Assembly (NCBI GenBank): GCA_963556905.1
Contig: CAUWAY010000004.1
Coordinates: 1,150 to 65,149 of the forward strand
Direction of reading: 5' to 3'
DNA: 64,000 nucleotides
Origin: an uncultured Clostridia bacterium
Lineage (GTDB): Bacteria; Bacillota; Clostridia; TANB77; CAG-508
The notes below the pieces were generated by a model that saw nothing but the letters and a program-made list of their open reading frames with translations, was not told the origin of the DNA and did no database searches. Shown here piece by piece: positions 1-9,087 of the stretch. The position numbers and the translations under genes are program-made. Positions within the stretch are counted from its first letter, which is position 1. The number at the start of each line of letters is the position of its first letter.

Positions 1-903
1 TAAGTTGTTTGTTATTTTGCAATCTTTTTTTACATCTTCAAAATAAAGTTTTAGACCATCCATATCATTATTTTCAATGAAACCATTTATTGTAGAAACT
101 ATATTATCGAAATCATGCTTAAATCCTTTAACTTTATCATACAAAATTTCTAAAGACTTATTATATTCTTCTGCACTTTGCAAATCTCTTTTAGTATTTG
201 ATAATTTAATTACACGATTAAAACTATAAATACTTAAAACAAGAAATGAAACTAGCAATAGAAAATTTAAAATGCTAATAAATATAGGAACAATGTTTAT
301 ATAATAAGCAGTTGTTATCAATTGCAAGATAAGAGTTAAAAAACCTATACAAATATTTATGCATAATAGCTTAATCGTCTGTTTATCTAAATTATCTATT
401 ATTTGTAAGTCAATTCTGATGTTTTTGAAATGTTTTAAAAATAAACAAATAATACCTAATATAGAGTATAACATAAATAGATATAAGACACGATATATAG
501 GAACTACTGAGAAAGTTTCAAGTGTTATTTTAAATGTACCTAAATAAGGCTTTTGCATTAATATATTAACTAAGCCAAAAATAAATGTAGAAAAGATAAG
601 AGCCATTAAACTTTTTAGCCAAGTTAATTTGAAAATTAGTTTTACTGAAATTAAAACTGCTACATAGTTTAATATAACATTAAATGGAGATGGAACAATA
701 AATAGATTAAGTACTGTAACAATTTCCATAAAGAATATATATTTGATTTTTTGTTTAAAACTAGATTTTACACAAAAAGCATTTAAAAATAAAAACATTA
801 GTAAAGTATTTTCAATTATACCAGCAGGTATCAATAACATATTAATTAAAGCAGGATTCTCTGTACTCAAAGCTATCCAAATATTATTTAAAAACTGAAT
901 CAT
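1..903 (-). CDS. AgrC-like membrane sensor histidine kinase, partial (C-terminal part lies beyond the window start)
   Basis: Absent from the ORF track because it runs off the window. Minus-strand ATG at 903-901 follows GGAGGTG (911-917). My translation starts MIQFLNNIWIALSTENPALIN, stays hydrophobic for about 200 aa, then reads ...KVKGFKHDFDNIVSTINGFIENNDMDGLKLYFEDV (bases ~140-1). This matches the H-box region of AgrC/ComD-type kinases as I recall it (S. aureus AgrC RFKHDYVNIL...DMPGL..YF). Overlaps the upstream regulator gene by 20 nt. Confidence 0.75.
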   Translation of the reverse strand, partial: MIQFLNNIWIALSTENPALINMLLIPAGIIENTLLMFLFLNAFCVKSSFKQKIKYIFFMEIVTVLNLFIVPSPFNVILNYVAVLISVKLIFKLTWLKSLMALIFSTFIFGLVNILMQKPYLGTFKITLETFSVVPIYRVLYLFMLYSILGIICLFLKHFKNIRIDLQIIDNLDKQTIKLLCINICIGFLTLILQLITTAYYINIVPIFISILNFLLLVSFLVLSIYSFNRVIKLSNTKRDLQSAEEYNKSLEILYDKVKGFKHDFDNIVSTINGFIENNDMDGLKLYFEDVKKDCKITNNL

Positions 904-1597
904 ATTTTATCACCTCCAAGAAACTATTTTTATATTTTGGACCAATATAGCAAACAGAACCATTTTTAAAAGTAATAGAGCTATCAGTTAAAGAAATATT
1001 AGTTATATTGTTAATATTGGCAATAAAAGACTTATGACAACGAACAAAATTACTAGGCAAAGTTATCTTATTAAAAGAATTATAAGTAATATAATCTTTT
1101 TTTGAGCCATGATAAATAATCCTAACACCATTTTTTTCAATAAATTGAATATCTGTTAAATCTACAAAAGTGCCTTTATTATCAAGTCTTAAAAAATTAT
1201 TATGAGGATTAGAAACATCTTCAAATAATCTAGCCAAAGTATCATTAATAGTGTCAACAGTAATAGCACTTTTAATAAGATAATCAAAAGTTTTATATTT
1301 ATAAGCTTGCATAACATATTCAAAATGGCTAGTTGTAAAAATTAAATAACAATTTTTATTAATTTTTCTTATTTTATGAGCAATATCTAAACCGTTAGTT
1401 TTAGAACTAGCAAATTCAATATCAAGAACAACTACATTAATAGAATTATTGGCAATATAAGAAAGTAATTTATTATAATCGGTAGTTTTAAATACAATTT
1501 GAGCGTTAAAATCCCCTAATATAAATGCTTTTTCAAATAATGAAGAAAGTCTATTCAACATATGAATATCATCATCACAAATTACAAAATTTAACAT
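884..1597 (-). CDS. LytTR-family response regulator (AgrA/LytR-like)
   Basis: ORF 884..1651(-). Likely start is ATG 1597 (MLNFVICDDD) just after AGGAGGG. Receiver domain (VICDDD, VVVLDIEF) plus C-terminal LytTR DNA-binding domain (FVRCHKSFIANINNI). Confidence 0.85.
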   Translation of the reverse strand: MLNFVICDDDIHMLNRLSSLFEKAFILGDFNAQIVFKTTDYNKLLSYIANNSINVVVLDIEFASSKTNGLDIAHKIRKINKNCYLIFTTSHFEYVMQAYKYKTFDYLIKSAITVDTINDTLARLFEDVSNPHNNFLRLDNKGTFVDLTDIQFIEKNGVRIIYHGSKKDYITYNSFNKITLPSNFVRCHKSFIANINNITNISLTDSSITFKNGSVCYIGPKYKNSFLEVIKYDSVFK

Positions 1598-1875
1598 AAA
1601 TACCCTCCTAACAAAAATTAACAAATTAAACAATAATATAACATAATACACTCATAGACTATAAAACAAAAATCGAAAAATGTCAATACACAAATTGAAC
1701 ACATCCTACTCAAGACTTACTATAGCAATTAATTTAAGAGACTCAATTCGATTTATTAAATACAAAAATTGTAAGAAAAATATAATATGTTATAATATAA
1801 AAATCTTAAGCATAGAATTTAGCAAAATAACATTATAGTTAAGTATAAATAAATTTTGGAAAGGAAAGTGACACA

Positions 1876-2670
1876 ATGAAAACAAAATATAAAATGCTAG
1901 TATTATCTTCATTGACATTAGCAATATTTGCAATTAGTGTAATATCGGCTAACAATGCTCAAACAATATTGACATCAGGAGAAGAAAGCAAAGCTATAGG
2001 TTGGGGAATAAAAAGAAATAACATTCATGAGCAACCTGATGTTGGAGAAAAAAATAAGAAATTACTTGAAGAAAATGCGGGGATATGTTTTGGAAAAAAG
2101 GAAGAAAAGAATATATATTTGACATTTGATTCTGGCTATGAGGCAGGATATATGGATAAAATTTTGGATACTTTAAAAAAATGTGATGTTAAAGCTACAT
2201 TTTTTATAACATCACATTATTTGAATACTGCTTCAGAAAAAGTAGAAAGAATGATAAGCGATGGACATATAATAGGAAATCATACAGTTAATCACAAAAG
2301 TCTTCCTAGTATAACAAATGAAGAAATAGAAAAAGAAATAATGAAATTACACCAAGCAGTATATGAAAAATACAAATACGAAATGAAATATATAAGACCG
2401 CCAAAAGGAGAATTTAACAGTAGAACACTAAAAAAATGTGAAGAACTAGGATATAAAACAGTAATGTGGAGTTTTGCATACTGCGACTGGGATGAAAAAA
2501 AGCAACCACAAATAGAAGAAGCTGAAAAAATGATAACAAACAATTTCCACCCAGGAGAAATTATGTTATTACACTCTAATTCAAAAACAAATTCAGAAGT
2601 ACTAGAAAAAATAATAAAAGAAGCTCAAAAACAGGGATACGAATTTAAAACATTAGACCAATTCAAATAA
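1876..2670 (+). CDS. pdaA: Polysaccharide deacetylase, PdaA-like (spore cortex delta-lactam de-N-acetylase)
   Basis: Signal peptide followed by a NodB core: IYLTFDSGYEAGY, ATFFITSHYL, GHIIGNHTVNH, IRPPKGEF, MLLHS. Collinear with B. subtilis PdaA as I recall it. Adjacent to yqfC/yqfD. Confidence 0.8.
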   Translation: MKTKYKMLVLSSLTLAIFAISVISANNAQTILTSGEESKAIGWGIKRNNIHEQPDVGEKNKKLLEENAGICFGKKEEKNIYLTFDSGYEAGYMDKILDTLKKCDVKATFFITSHYLNTASEKVERMISDGHIIGNHTVNHKSLPSITNEEIEKEIMKLHQAVYEKYKYEMKYIRPPKGEFNSRTLKKCEELGYKTVMWSFAYCDWDEKKQPQIEEAEKMITNNFHPGEIMLLHSNSKTNSEVLEKIIKEAQKQGYEFKTLDQFK

Positions 2671-2704
2671 AAAGTTAAAACCTAAAAGAAAGGAAGAAAG
2701 CAAA

Positions 2705-2974
2705 ATGAAAAAAAATAAATTAGAAAAAATACTTGAAATTCCAGAAGAAGTATATTCAAACATTCCCAAAGTAACAATAACAGGATTTAATGAAATGATT
2801 TTAGAAAACTATAAAGGAATACTAGAATATGAAGAATTTTTTGCAAGTATAAGTACATATATAGGCATAATAAATATAAATGGATATAATTTAAACTTAG
2901 AAAAAATGACAAATGATGATATCAAAATCACTGGAAAGATAGAAAGTGTTGAACTAGAAAGAACAGAAGATTAA
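2705..2974 (+). CDS. yqfC: Sporulation protein YqfC
   Basis: 89 aa with ITGFNEMILENYKGILEYEEFF...IKITGKIESVEL, typical of the YqfC family. Conserved pairing with yqfD. Confidence 0.85.
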   Translation: MKKNKLEKILEIPEEVYSNIPKVTITGFNEMILENYKGILEYEEFFASISTYIGIININGYNLNLEKMTNDDIKITGKIESVELERTED

Positions 2975-2998
2975 AAAAATAAAAAAGTAGGAGGAACT

Positions 2999-4213
2999 AT
3001 GTTAATTAAGATATTGCTAAAATACATATTAGGTTTTGTTAGGATAACAGTAGAAGGATATTACATAGAAAGATTTATAAATATATGTACTGCTAGTAAA
3101 ATCTTAATATGGAATCTAAAAAGAGAAAAAGGAGTTAAACTATACTTAAATGTAGGAATTCAAGATTTTTATAGAGCAGTAAAAGTAGCAAAAAAATTAA
3201 AATGTAGGATAAAAATAGTTAAAAAAAGAGGAATTCCATTTATAATAAATAAATACAAAAAAAGAAAAATATTTGTACTATCATTAATAATAATAGTAAT
3301 ATCATTATGTATAAGCACAAATTATGTATGGAATATAGAAATAAAAGTAGAAGAAAATTTAAAAATAGAAAATATAATACAAGACGTAAATGAAGCAGGA
3401 CTAAAAACAGGAATAAGAAAAAATAAAATAGATATACAAGACATAACAAATAAAATAAGGCTAAAAAGAAATGATATATCATGGATAGGAATCGAACTAA
3501 AAGGAACAAATGCAATAATAAAAGTTGTAAAAGCAAAAGAAGCACCTAAACTTATAGATAAAAAAGATTATTGTAATATAGTAGCAACAAAAGATGGAAC
3601 AATAAGCAAAATAATAGCTCAAAATGGAACAGCGATAGTAAAAGCAGGAGATGAAGTAAAAAAAGGTCAAGTACTAATACAAGGAACAATGGAAGGCAAA
3701 TATACAGGAATGAGATATGTACATAGTTTAGGAGAGATAGAAGCAATTGTAAAATATAGTAAGAAAGAAAAAATATATCTAAAACAAGTAGAAAAAGTCA
3801 AAACAGGGAACATTGAGAAGAAATATCAAATAAAAATAAATAATTTTCAAATAAATTTTTACAAAACACTTTCAAAATTTAAAATTTATGATACAATAAA
3901 GGAGGATAAAAAGTTTAAAATATTTTCAAACTTATATTTACCAATTTCAATTTCAAAAATAATAAATGAAGAAAAGCAAGAAAAAACAAAAGAATACACA
4001 ATAGAAGAGGCAACAGTTATAGGAACACAAAAACTAGAAAAAGAAATAGAAGCGAAAATTGGAGAAAACAAAAACATTCTTAGTAAAAATGCAACAGTTG
4101 AAAAAACAGAAGAATATGTTGAAGTAACAGTAATATATGAAGTAATTGAAAATATAGGAATGCAGGAAAAACTAGAAGAAAGTAAAGTACAAACAACAGA
4201 AAAAAATCAATAA
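2999..4213 (+). CDS. yqfD: Sporulation protein YqfD (stage IV-like)
   Basis: 404 aa. N-terminal VRITVEGYYIERFINIC, a single TM segment and a long YqfD-type C-terminal domain. Lies directly after yqfC. Confidence 0.85.
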   Translation: MLIKILLKYILGFVRITVEGYYIERFINICTASKILIWNLKREKGVKLYLNVGIQDFYRAVKVAKKLKCRIKIVKKRGIPFIINKYKKRKIFVLSLIIIVISLCISTNYVWNIEIKVEENLKIENIIQDVNEAGLKTGIRKNKIDIQDITNKIRLKRNDISWIGIELKGTNAIIKVVKAKEAPKLIDKKDYCNIVATKDGTISKIIAQNGTAIVKAGDEVKKGQVLIQGTMEGKYTGMRYVHSLGEIEAIVKYSKKEKIYLKQVEKVKTGNIEKKYQIKINNFQINFYKTLSKFKIYDTIKEDKKFKIFSNLYLPISISKIINEEKQEKTKEYTIEEATVIGTQKLEKEIEAKIGENKNILSKNATVEKTEEYVEVTVIYEVIENIGMQEKLEESKVQTTEKNQ

Positions 4214-4296
4214 AAAGAAACAAACCTGCCTACAAAAACTTAGAAATGATTATTAAATTTCCCAAAACATTATTTCTAGAAAGGAAAGGTAAGACT

Positions 4297-5499
4297 ATGG
4301 AAGAAAGAAGCTTAAGAGTAGTAGGAACAGACAAAACATTTATAAATAAATTAACAAACACAATATCAAAACTACTAATACCAACACAAATTGGAATAAA
4401 TGGAGTAAAAATATCTATAAAAAGAAATGCATTATTAAAAGCATATGATGTATTAACAAATGAAAAAAACACATCAAATAAACAAGACGAAATAGAAAAA
4501 AAATATGAAGAAGCATATACTTCATATTTAGAATCATTAGACAAATATGTATTAGACACAATATACAAAAAAGTAAAAAATGAAACAGCAACAAACTTTG
4601 AAAGTATGGCATTATCACAATATTATGGAATAGTATCATTAAAAGATAAAGAATATACAGAATACAAATACAGAAAACAAAAATACTTATTAGAATTAGA
4701 CAATGAAAACGTAAAAAACTCTGGAAAAGAAAAAATGATAGAAAAATATAAAAAATTTTACATATCAAAACAAGACACTTTATATAAAGGAATATTAAAA
4801 AACTATTCAATAAAATTAGCTGATAGTACAAATGTATATGATTCAACAAAAGAATGGATATATATAAAAATATTTGACACATTAGAAGATTATATAAAAA
4901 ATATATTACCATTAAAAATATCAGACCAAAAATTAGAAACAGTAGTAAAAGAATATGAAAAATACGAAAGATTTTCAGTAGGAAAATTAGACTCAAGAGA
5001 CAACATTGAAAAAAATATGATATTATTAGGAATAAGTAGGAATTTATTCACACATAGTTTACCACTTGTTGTTGCAGAACAGTGTTATATGAAACTATTA
5101 AAAGATGCAAGATGTTTAGTACAAGATACAAAAATTGCAGCAAAAAGAGAAAAAGCATATGCAATGTTATTAACTTTAATAGAAGATTACAATATACGCT
5201 TATTAGCAACAAAAGTATATTGGGATAACTCAAAAGATAGAGAAAACTTTAAGAAATTCTATGATAAATATAAAGAAATAGAAAAACTAAAAGAAACAGA
5301 CTTTATAGAATATGTAAAACAAAAAGAGATATTATTCATAAAAGATGATATGAAAAAATTAACAAAAGAAAAAACAGACTATAGTAGAATAATTAAATAT
5401 TATAAGAGAAAATTAGTAGATTATGGAGTTATGAAAGAAATAAAATTAGGCAAATTAGAAAAAACTAAATTTACTAAAAAAGCTACACAAAAGGTTTAA
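4297..5499 (+). CDS. Hypothetical protein, Lys/Glu/Tyr-rich, predicted helical, no recognised domain
   Basis: ORF 4246..5499. Likely start is ATG 4297 (MEERSLRVV), 7 nt after GAAAGG. No TM segment and no motif I recognise. Occupies the position where phoH usually follows yqfD. Confidence 0.6.
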   Translation: MEERSLRVVGTDKTFINKLTNTISKLLIPTQIGINGVKISIKRNALLKAYDVLTNEKNTSNKQDEIEKKYEEAYTSYLESLDKYVLDTIYKKVKNETATNFESMALSQYYGIVSLKDKEYTEYKYRKQKYLLELDNENVKNSGKEKMIEKYKKFYISKQDTLYKGILKNYSIKLADSTNVYDSTKEWIYIKIFDTLEDYIKNILPLKISDQKLETVVKEYEKYERFSVGKLDSRDNIEKNMILLGISRNLFTHSLPLVVAEQCYMKLLKDARCLVQDTKIAAKREKAYAMLLTLIEDYNIRLLATKVYWDNSKDRENFKKFYDKYKEIEKLKETDFIEYVKQKEILFIKDDMKKLTKEKTDYSRIIKYYKRKLVDYGVMKEIKLGKLEKTKFTKKATQKV

Positions 5500-5556
5500 A
5501 GATTATTGCATAAATAATTGTGTTTAAGGTTATATAGAAAAGAAAGGAAACAAAAT

Positions 5557-6048
5557 ATGCCTAACAAAAATATAATAAAAAAAAGAGAAAAAGAGAACAA
5601 AAACATATCAAAAAATGAAAAAGGAATAACAATAATATCTGTTACAATAACAATAATAATACTACTAACTATATCAGGAGTAGCAATATATAGTGGAATA
5701 AGTTCAATAAAAAGCAGTAAATTTCAAAAATTTAAAATTGAATTACAAATAGTACAAGCACAAGTAAATTTATTGAATGAAGAATATAAAGAACAAATAC
5801 AAACAGGTCAAACAATATCAATAGGAAAAAGTTTAACAGAAGTAGATCAAACGAAATTAAATGAAGCATTAGCAGGAGAAAGCAGTGCAGAGTATAGATA
5901 TTTTGACACAAGTGTATTTGAAGAGCTTGGAGTAAAAGGAATAGAAAATGGATATTTAGTAAATATAAAACTAAGAAAGGCAATATCAATAGATAGCTTT
6001 GAATATAATGGAAAAAAATATAATCAAATAAGTCAAATAAAATACTAA
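5557..6048 (+). CDS. Hypothetical membrane-anchored protein with degenerate type IV pilin-like N-terminus
   Basis: ORF 5518..6048. Likely start is ATG 5557 after GAAAGGA. A 22-residue Lys-rich leader ends in KG, followed by ITIISVTITIIILLTISGVAIYSG and then an amphipathic helix. Followed by a terminator. Confidence 0.55.
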   Translation: MPNKNIIKKREKENKNISKNEKGITIISVTITIIILLTISGVAIYSGISSIKSSKFQKFKIELQIVQAQVNLLNEEYKEQIQTGQTISIGKSLTEVDQTKLNEALAGESSAEYRYFDTSVFEELGVKGIENGYLVNIKLRKAISIDSFEYNGKKYNQISQIKY

Positions 6049-6060
6049 TTCAAGCGTAAA

Positions 6061-6088
6061 ATAGCAAGAATTTCTTGCTATTTTTTTT
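6061..6088 (+). terminator. Rho-independent terminator
   Basis: ATAGCAAG-aattt-CTTGCTAT hairpin followed by a T7 run. Confidence 0.8.
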
Positions 6089-6121
6089 CATATTTGGTAA
6101 TATATATTAGGGGGAATAAAA

Positions 6122-6610
6122 ATGTATCAATTAGAATATTTAAACATAGAAGAAAACAATAAATATGAAGAAATTATAAAAAAAGTAATAACAAGATGTT
6201 TTGAAGAAGAAAAATTAAAAAATTCAAAATTATACATAAGCATAACATTAACAACTCCAGACAATATACATCAAATAAATAAACAATATAGAAATGTGGA
6301 TAGAGCAACAGATGTATTATCATTTCCAATGTTTGAAAAAGAAGAAATAGAAAAAAAAATCAAAAATAATGACTTTGAACATGAAGACATACTTGGAGAT
6401 ATAGTAATTTCAATAGAAAAGGTAGAAGAACAAGCAAAAGAATATGGACATAGCTTTGAAAGAGAATTTGCATATATGTTAGTACATGGATTTTACCATT
6501 TGATGGGATATGACCACATAAAAGAAGAAGACAAATTAAAAATGAGACCTAAAGAAGAAAATATATTAAATAAGTTAGGAATCACAAGGGAGGAAATGAA
6601 TGAAAAATAA
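6122..6610 (+). CDS. ybeY: rRNA maturation endoribonuclease YbeY
   Basis: 162 aa with the zinc-binding motif HGFYHLMGYDH. Confidence 0.9.
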   Translation: MYQLEYLNIEENNKYEEIIKKVITRCFEEEKLKNSKLYISITLTTPDNIHQINKQYRNVDRATDVLSFPMFEKEEIEKKIKNNDFEHEDILGDIVISIEKVEEQAKEYGHSFEREFAYMLVHGFYHLMGYDHIKEEDKLKMRPKEENILNKLGITREEMNEK

Positions 6611-7748
6611 ATCAACAATCATATTATTATCAATTTTATCAATTCTTATAATAGTAGCAGGAGGAGTGCTAATATATAAAGTAATAACAAATGAAAAAGA
6701 AACAATAAATCATCAGACAACAGATGAACAAATACCAGATAAAGAAGAAGAAAAACCAATTATTGTAGAACAAAAAGAACCTGAAATTTTTTCAGGAAAT
6801 GATAGACCGATAGCTGTAATGATAGATAATCATAAAGGAGCATGGCCACAAGCCAATTTAGAAAAAGCATATATAGTTTATGAAATAATAGTAGAAGGTG
6901 GAGAAACAAGACTAATGGCAGTATTTAAAGGACAAAATTTAGACAAAATTGGACCAATAAGAAGTTCAAGACACTATTTTCTAGATTATGCCTTAGAAAA
7001 TGATGCAATATATGTTCATCATGGTTGGAGTCCACAAGCACAAAATAACATAAAAACACTAGGAGTAAACAACATAAATGGAATTCAAGAAAGCTCAAAA
7101 GATTTTTGGAGAGTAAAAAACAAGTCAACACCACACAATTTATTTACAAATACAGAAAGTATACTAAAAATTGCAGAAAGAAAAGGATATTCTACAACAT
7201 CAAGTAAAAAAAGTATACTAAAATATGTAACTAATGAAATAAATTTAGGGGAAAAATATGGTGAAAATATATCAGAAAATCCAGAGCAAAGTGTAGAAAA
7301 TACAACTATACAAACAAATACAAGTGAAATAGAAAATAAAACAAAAGCAATAAATGCAACTACAATTACAATACCACATTCATCTTTACAAACAGTAAAA
7401 TATGAATATAATGAAGAAACAAAAAGATATACAAGATATGCAAGAGGAAGGCTGCAAATAGACTATATAACAAATGAAGATGTTACAACAAAAAATATAA
7501 TAATAACAATGTGTGATAATTACACACTAGAAGACAGCGAGAAAAAAGGAAGACAAGGATTAAAAAATATTGGAGAATTTGATGGATATTATATTACAAA
7601 CGGAAAAGCTATACCAATTAAATGCATAAAAAACTCTAGAGAAGCACAAACTATTTACAAAGATTTGACAGGAAACGAAATCCAAGTAAATGACGGAAAC
7701 ACTTTTATAAATATTTGCCCAGCAGATGCAAAAGTTGTAATAGAATAA
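6600..7748 (+). CDS. DUF3048 domain protein (YerB-like), membrane-anchored
   Basis: N-terminal TM segment, then DRPIAVMIDNH...YEIIVEGGETRLMAVF...SSRHYF, characteristic of DUF3048. Confidence 0.75.
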   Translation: MKNKSTIILLSILSILIIVAGGVLIYKVITNEKETINHQTTDEQIPDKEEEKPIIVEQKEPEIFSGNDRPIAVMIDNHKGAWPQANLEKAYIVYEIIVEGGETRLMAVFKGQNLDKIGPIRSSRHYFLDYALENDAIYVHHGWSPQAQNNIKTLGVNNINGIQESSKDFWRVKNKSTPHNLFTNTESILKIAERKGYSTTSSKKSILKYVTNEINLGEKYGENISENPEQSVENTTIQTNTSEIENKTKAINATTITIPHSSLQTVKYEYNEETKRYTRYARGRLQIDYITNEDVTTKNIIITMCDNYTLEDSEKKGRQGLKNIGEFDGYYITNGKAIPIKCIKNSREAQTIYKDLTGNEIQVNDGNTFINICPADAKVVIE

Positions 7749-7781
7749 GAAAATTTACAAAATTTTAAAGGAGGAATGACT

Positions 7782-8738
7782 ATGAATACAAATAGAAAAG
7801 TCGTATTAGTAGGAACAGGCTTTGTAGGAATGAGCATGGCTTATTCAATATTAAATCAAGGAGGAGTTGACGAGTTAGTATTAATTGATGTAATAAAAGA
7901 TAAAGCAATAGGGGAAGAGATGGACTTATCACATGGACTTCCATATGCATCACAAAAAATGAAAATAAAAGCAGGAGATTATGATGAATGCAAAAATGCA
8001 AATATAGTAGTAATTACAGCAGGACTTGCACAAAAACCAGGTCAATCAAGACTAGAACTAGCAGTAGAAAATTCTAAAATAATAAAAAGTATAACAGAAA
8101 ATGTTATGGCAAGTGGATTTGATGGAATATTCATAATTGCAAGTAATCCTGTTGACTTAATGTCATATGTAGTATCAGAAGTATCTAAATTACCAAAATC
8201 AAGAATAATAGGTTCAGGTACAGTATTAGACACAGCAAGATTAAGATATTTAATTGCAGAATACTTAGAAGTATCAAGTAAAAATGTTCATGCATATATA
8301 TTAGGAGAACATGGAGATTCATCATTAGTACCATGGGAACATTGCTATGTTGGGTGTAAAAAACTAATAGACATAATGAATGATAACAATCATCCAATGG
8401 AAGATTTAAAAAAGATACATGACAGAGTTTGGCAAGCAGCATATGAAATAATAGAAAAGAAAAAAGCAACATATTATGGAATAGGAATGGCATTAAATAG
8501 AATAATAAAAGCGGTATTAAATGATGAAAATGCAATACTTACAGTTTCAACATATCAAGACAATGAATATGGTCAAAAAGGAATGTATATAGGTGTTCCA
8601 GCAATAATAAATAAAAATGGTGTAAAAGAAATTTTACAATTAAAATTAAATAAAGAAGACCAAGAAAAATTTAATAATAGTTGTGAAATAATGATAGAAA
8701 ATATAAAAAATGAAATTAACCCTATATTGGGAAAATAG
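7782..8738 (+). CDS. ldh: L-lactate dehydrogenase
   Basis: KVVLVGTGFVGMSMAYS Rossmann motif, ITAG, GEHGDS. The ATG at 7782 is 7 nt after AAGGAGG (ORF track starts at 7776). Confidence 0.9.
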   Translation: MNTNRKVVLVGTGFVGMSMAYSILNQGGVDELVLIDVIKDKAIGEEMDLSHGLPYASQKMKIKAGDYDECKNANIVVITAGLAQKPGQSRLELAVENSKIIKSITENVMASGFDGIFIIASNPVDLMSYVVSEVSKLPKSRIIGSGTVLDTARLRYLIAEYLEVSSKNVHAYILGEHGDSSLVPWEHCYVGCKKLIDIMNDNNHPMEDLKKIHDRVWQAAYEIIEKKKATYYGIGMALNRIIKAVLNDENAILTVSTYQDNEYGQKGMYIGVPAIINKNGVKEILQLKLNKEDQEKFNNSCEIMIENIKNEINPILGK

Positions 8739-8749
8739 GAGGAAGTCAA

Positions 8750-9037
8750 ATGCAAGTAAGCAAAGAAGAAATACTACACATAGCAAATTTAGCACAATTA
8801 ACATTAAATGAAGATGAAATAGAAAAATATATATTGAATTTACAAGAAATATTAGAATTTGCAAATATAGTAAATAATGCACCAGTAGAAGGTCTTGACA
8901 TTACAATAGGAGCAAATGAAGCAAGAAATGTATTTAGAAAAGATGAAGTAAAAATATTTGAAGATACAGATAGTCTATTACAAAATGCACCAGAAAAAGA
9001 TAGACATATGTTCAAAATACCAAAAGTATTAAATTAG
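8750..9037 (+). CDS. gatC: Asp/Glu-tRNA amidotransferase subunit C
   Basis: 95 aa. Has the typical GatC N-terminus (VSKEEILHIANLAQL) and precedes gatA-gatB. Confidence 0.9.
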   Translation: MQVSKEEILHIANLAQLTLNEDEIEKYILNLQEILEFANIVNNAPVEGLDITIGANEARNVFRKDEVKIFEDTDSLLQNAPEKDRHMFKIPKVLN

Positions 9038-9087
9038 TCAAAAACTTAAATGAATAAATAAACACTAATATACAAGGAGGAAAATAC

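Noticed and set aside
359-547. 62-aa + strand ORF inside the histidine kinase region.
   Set aside because: It is antisense to the partial AgrC-like kinase, whose frame is continuous from 903 to the window edge and ends in a clear H-box.
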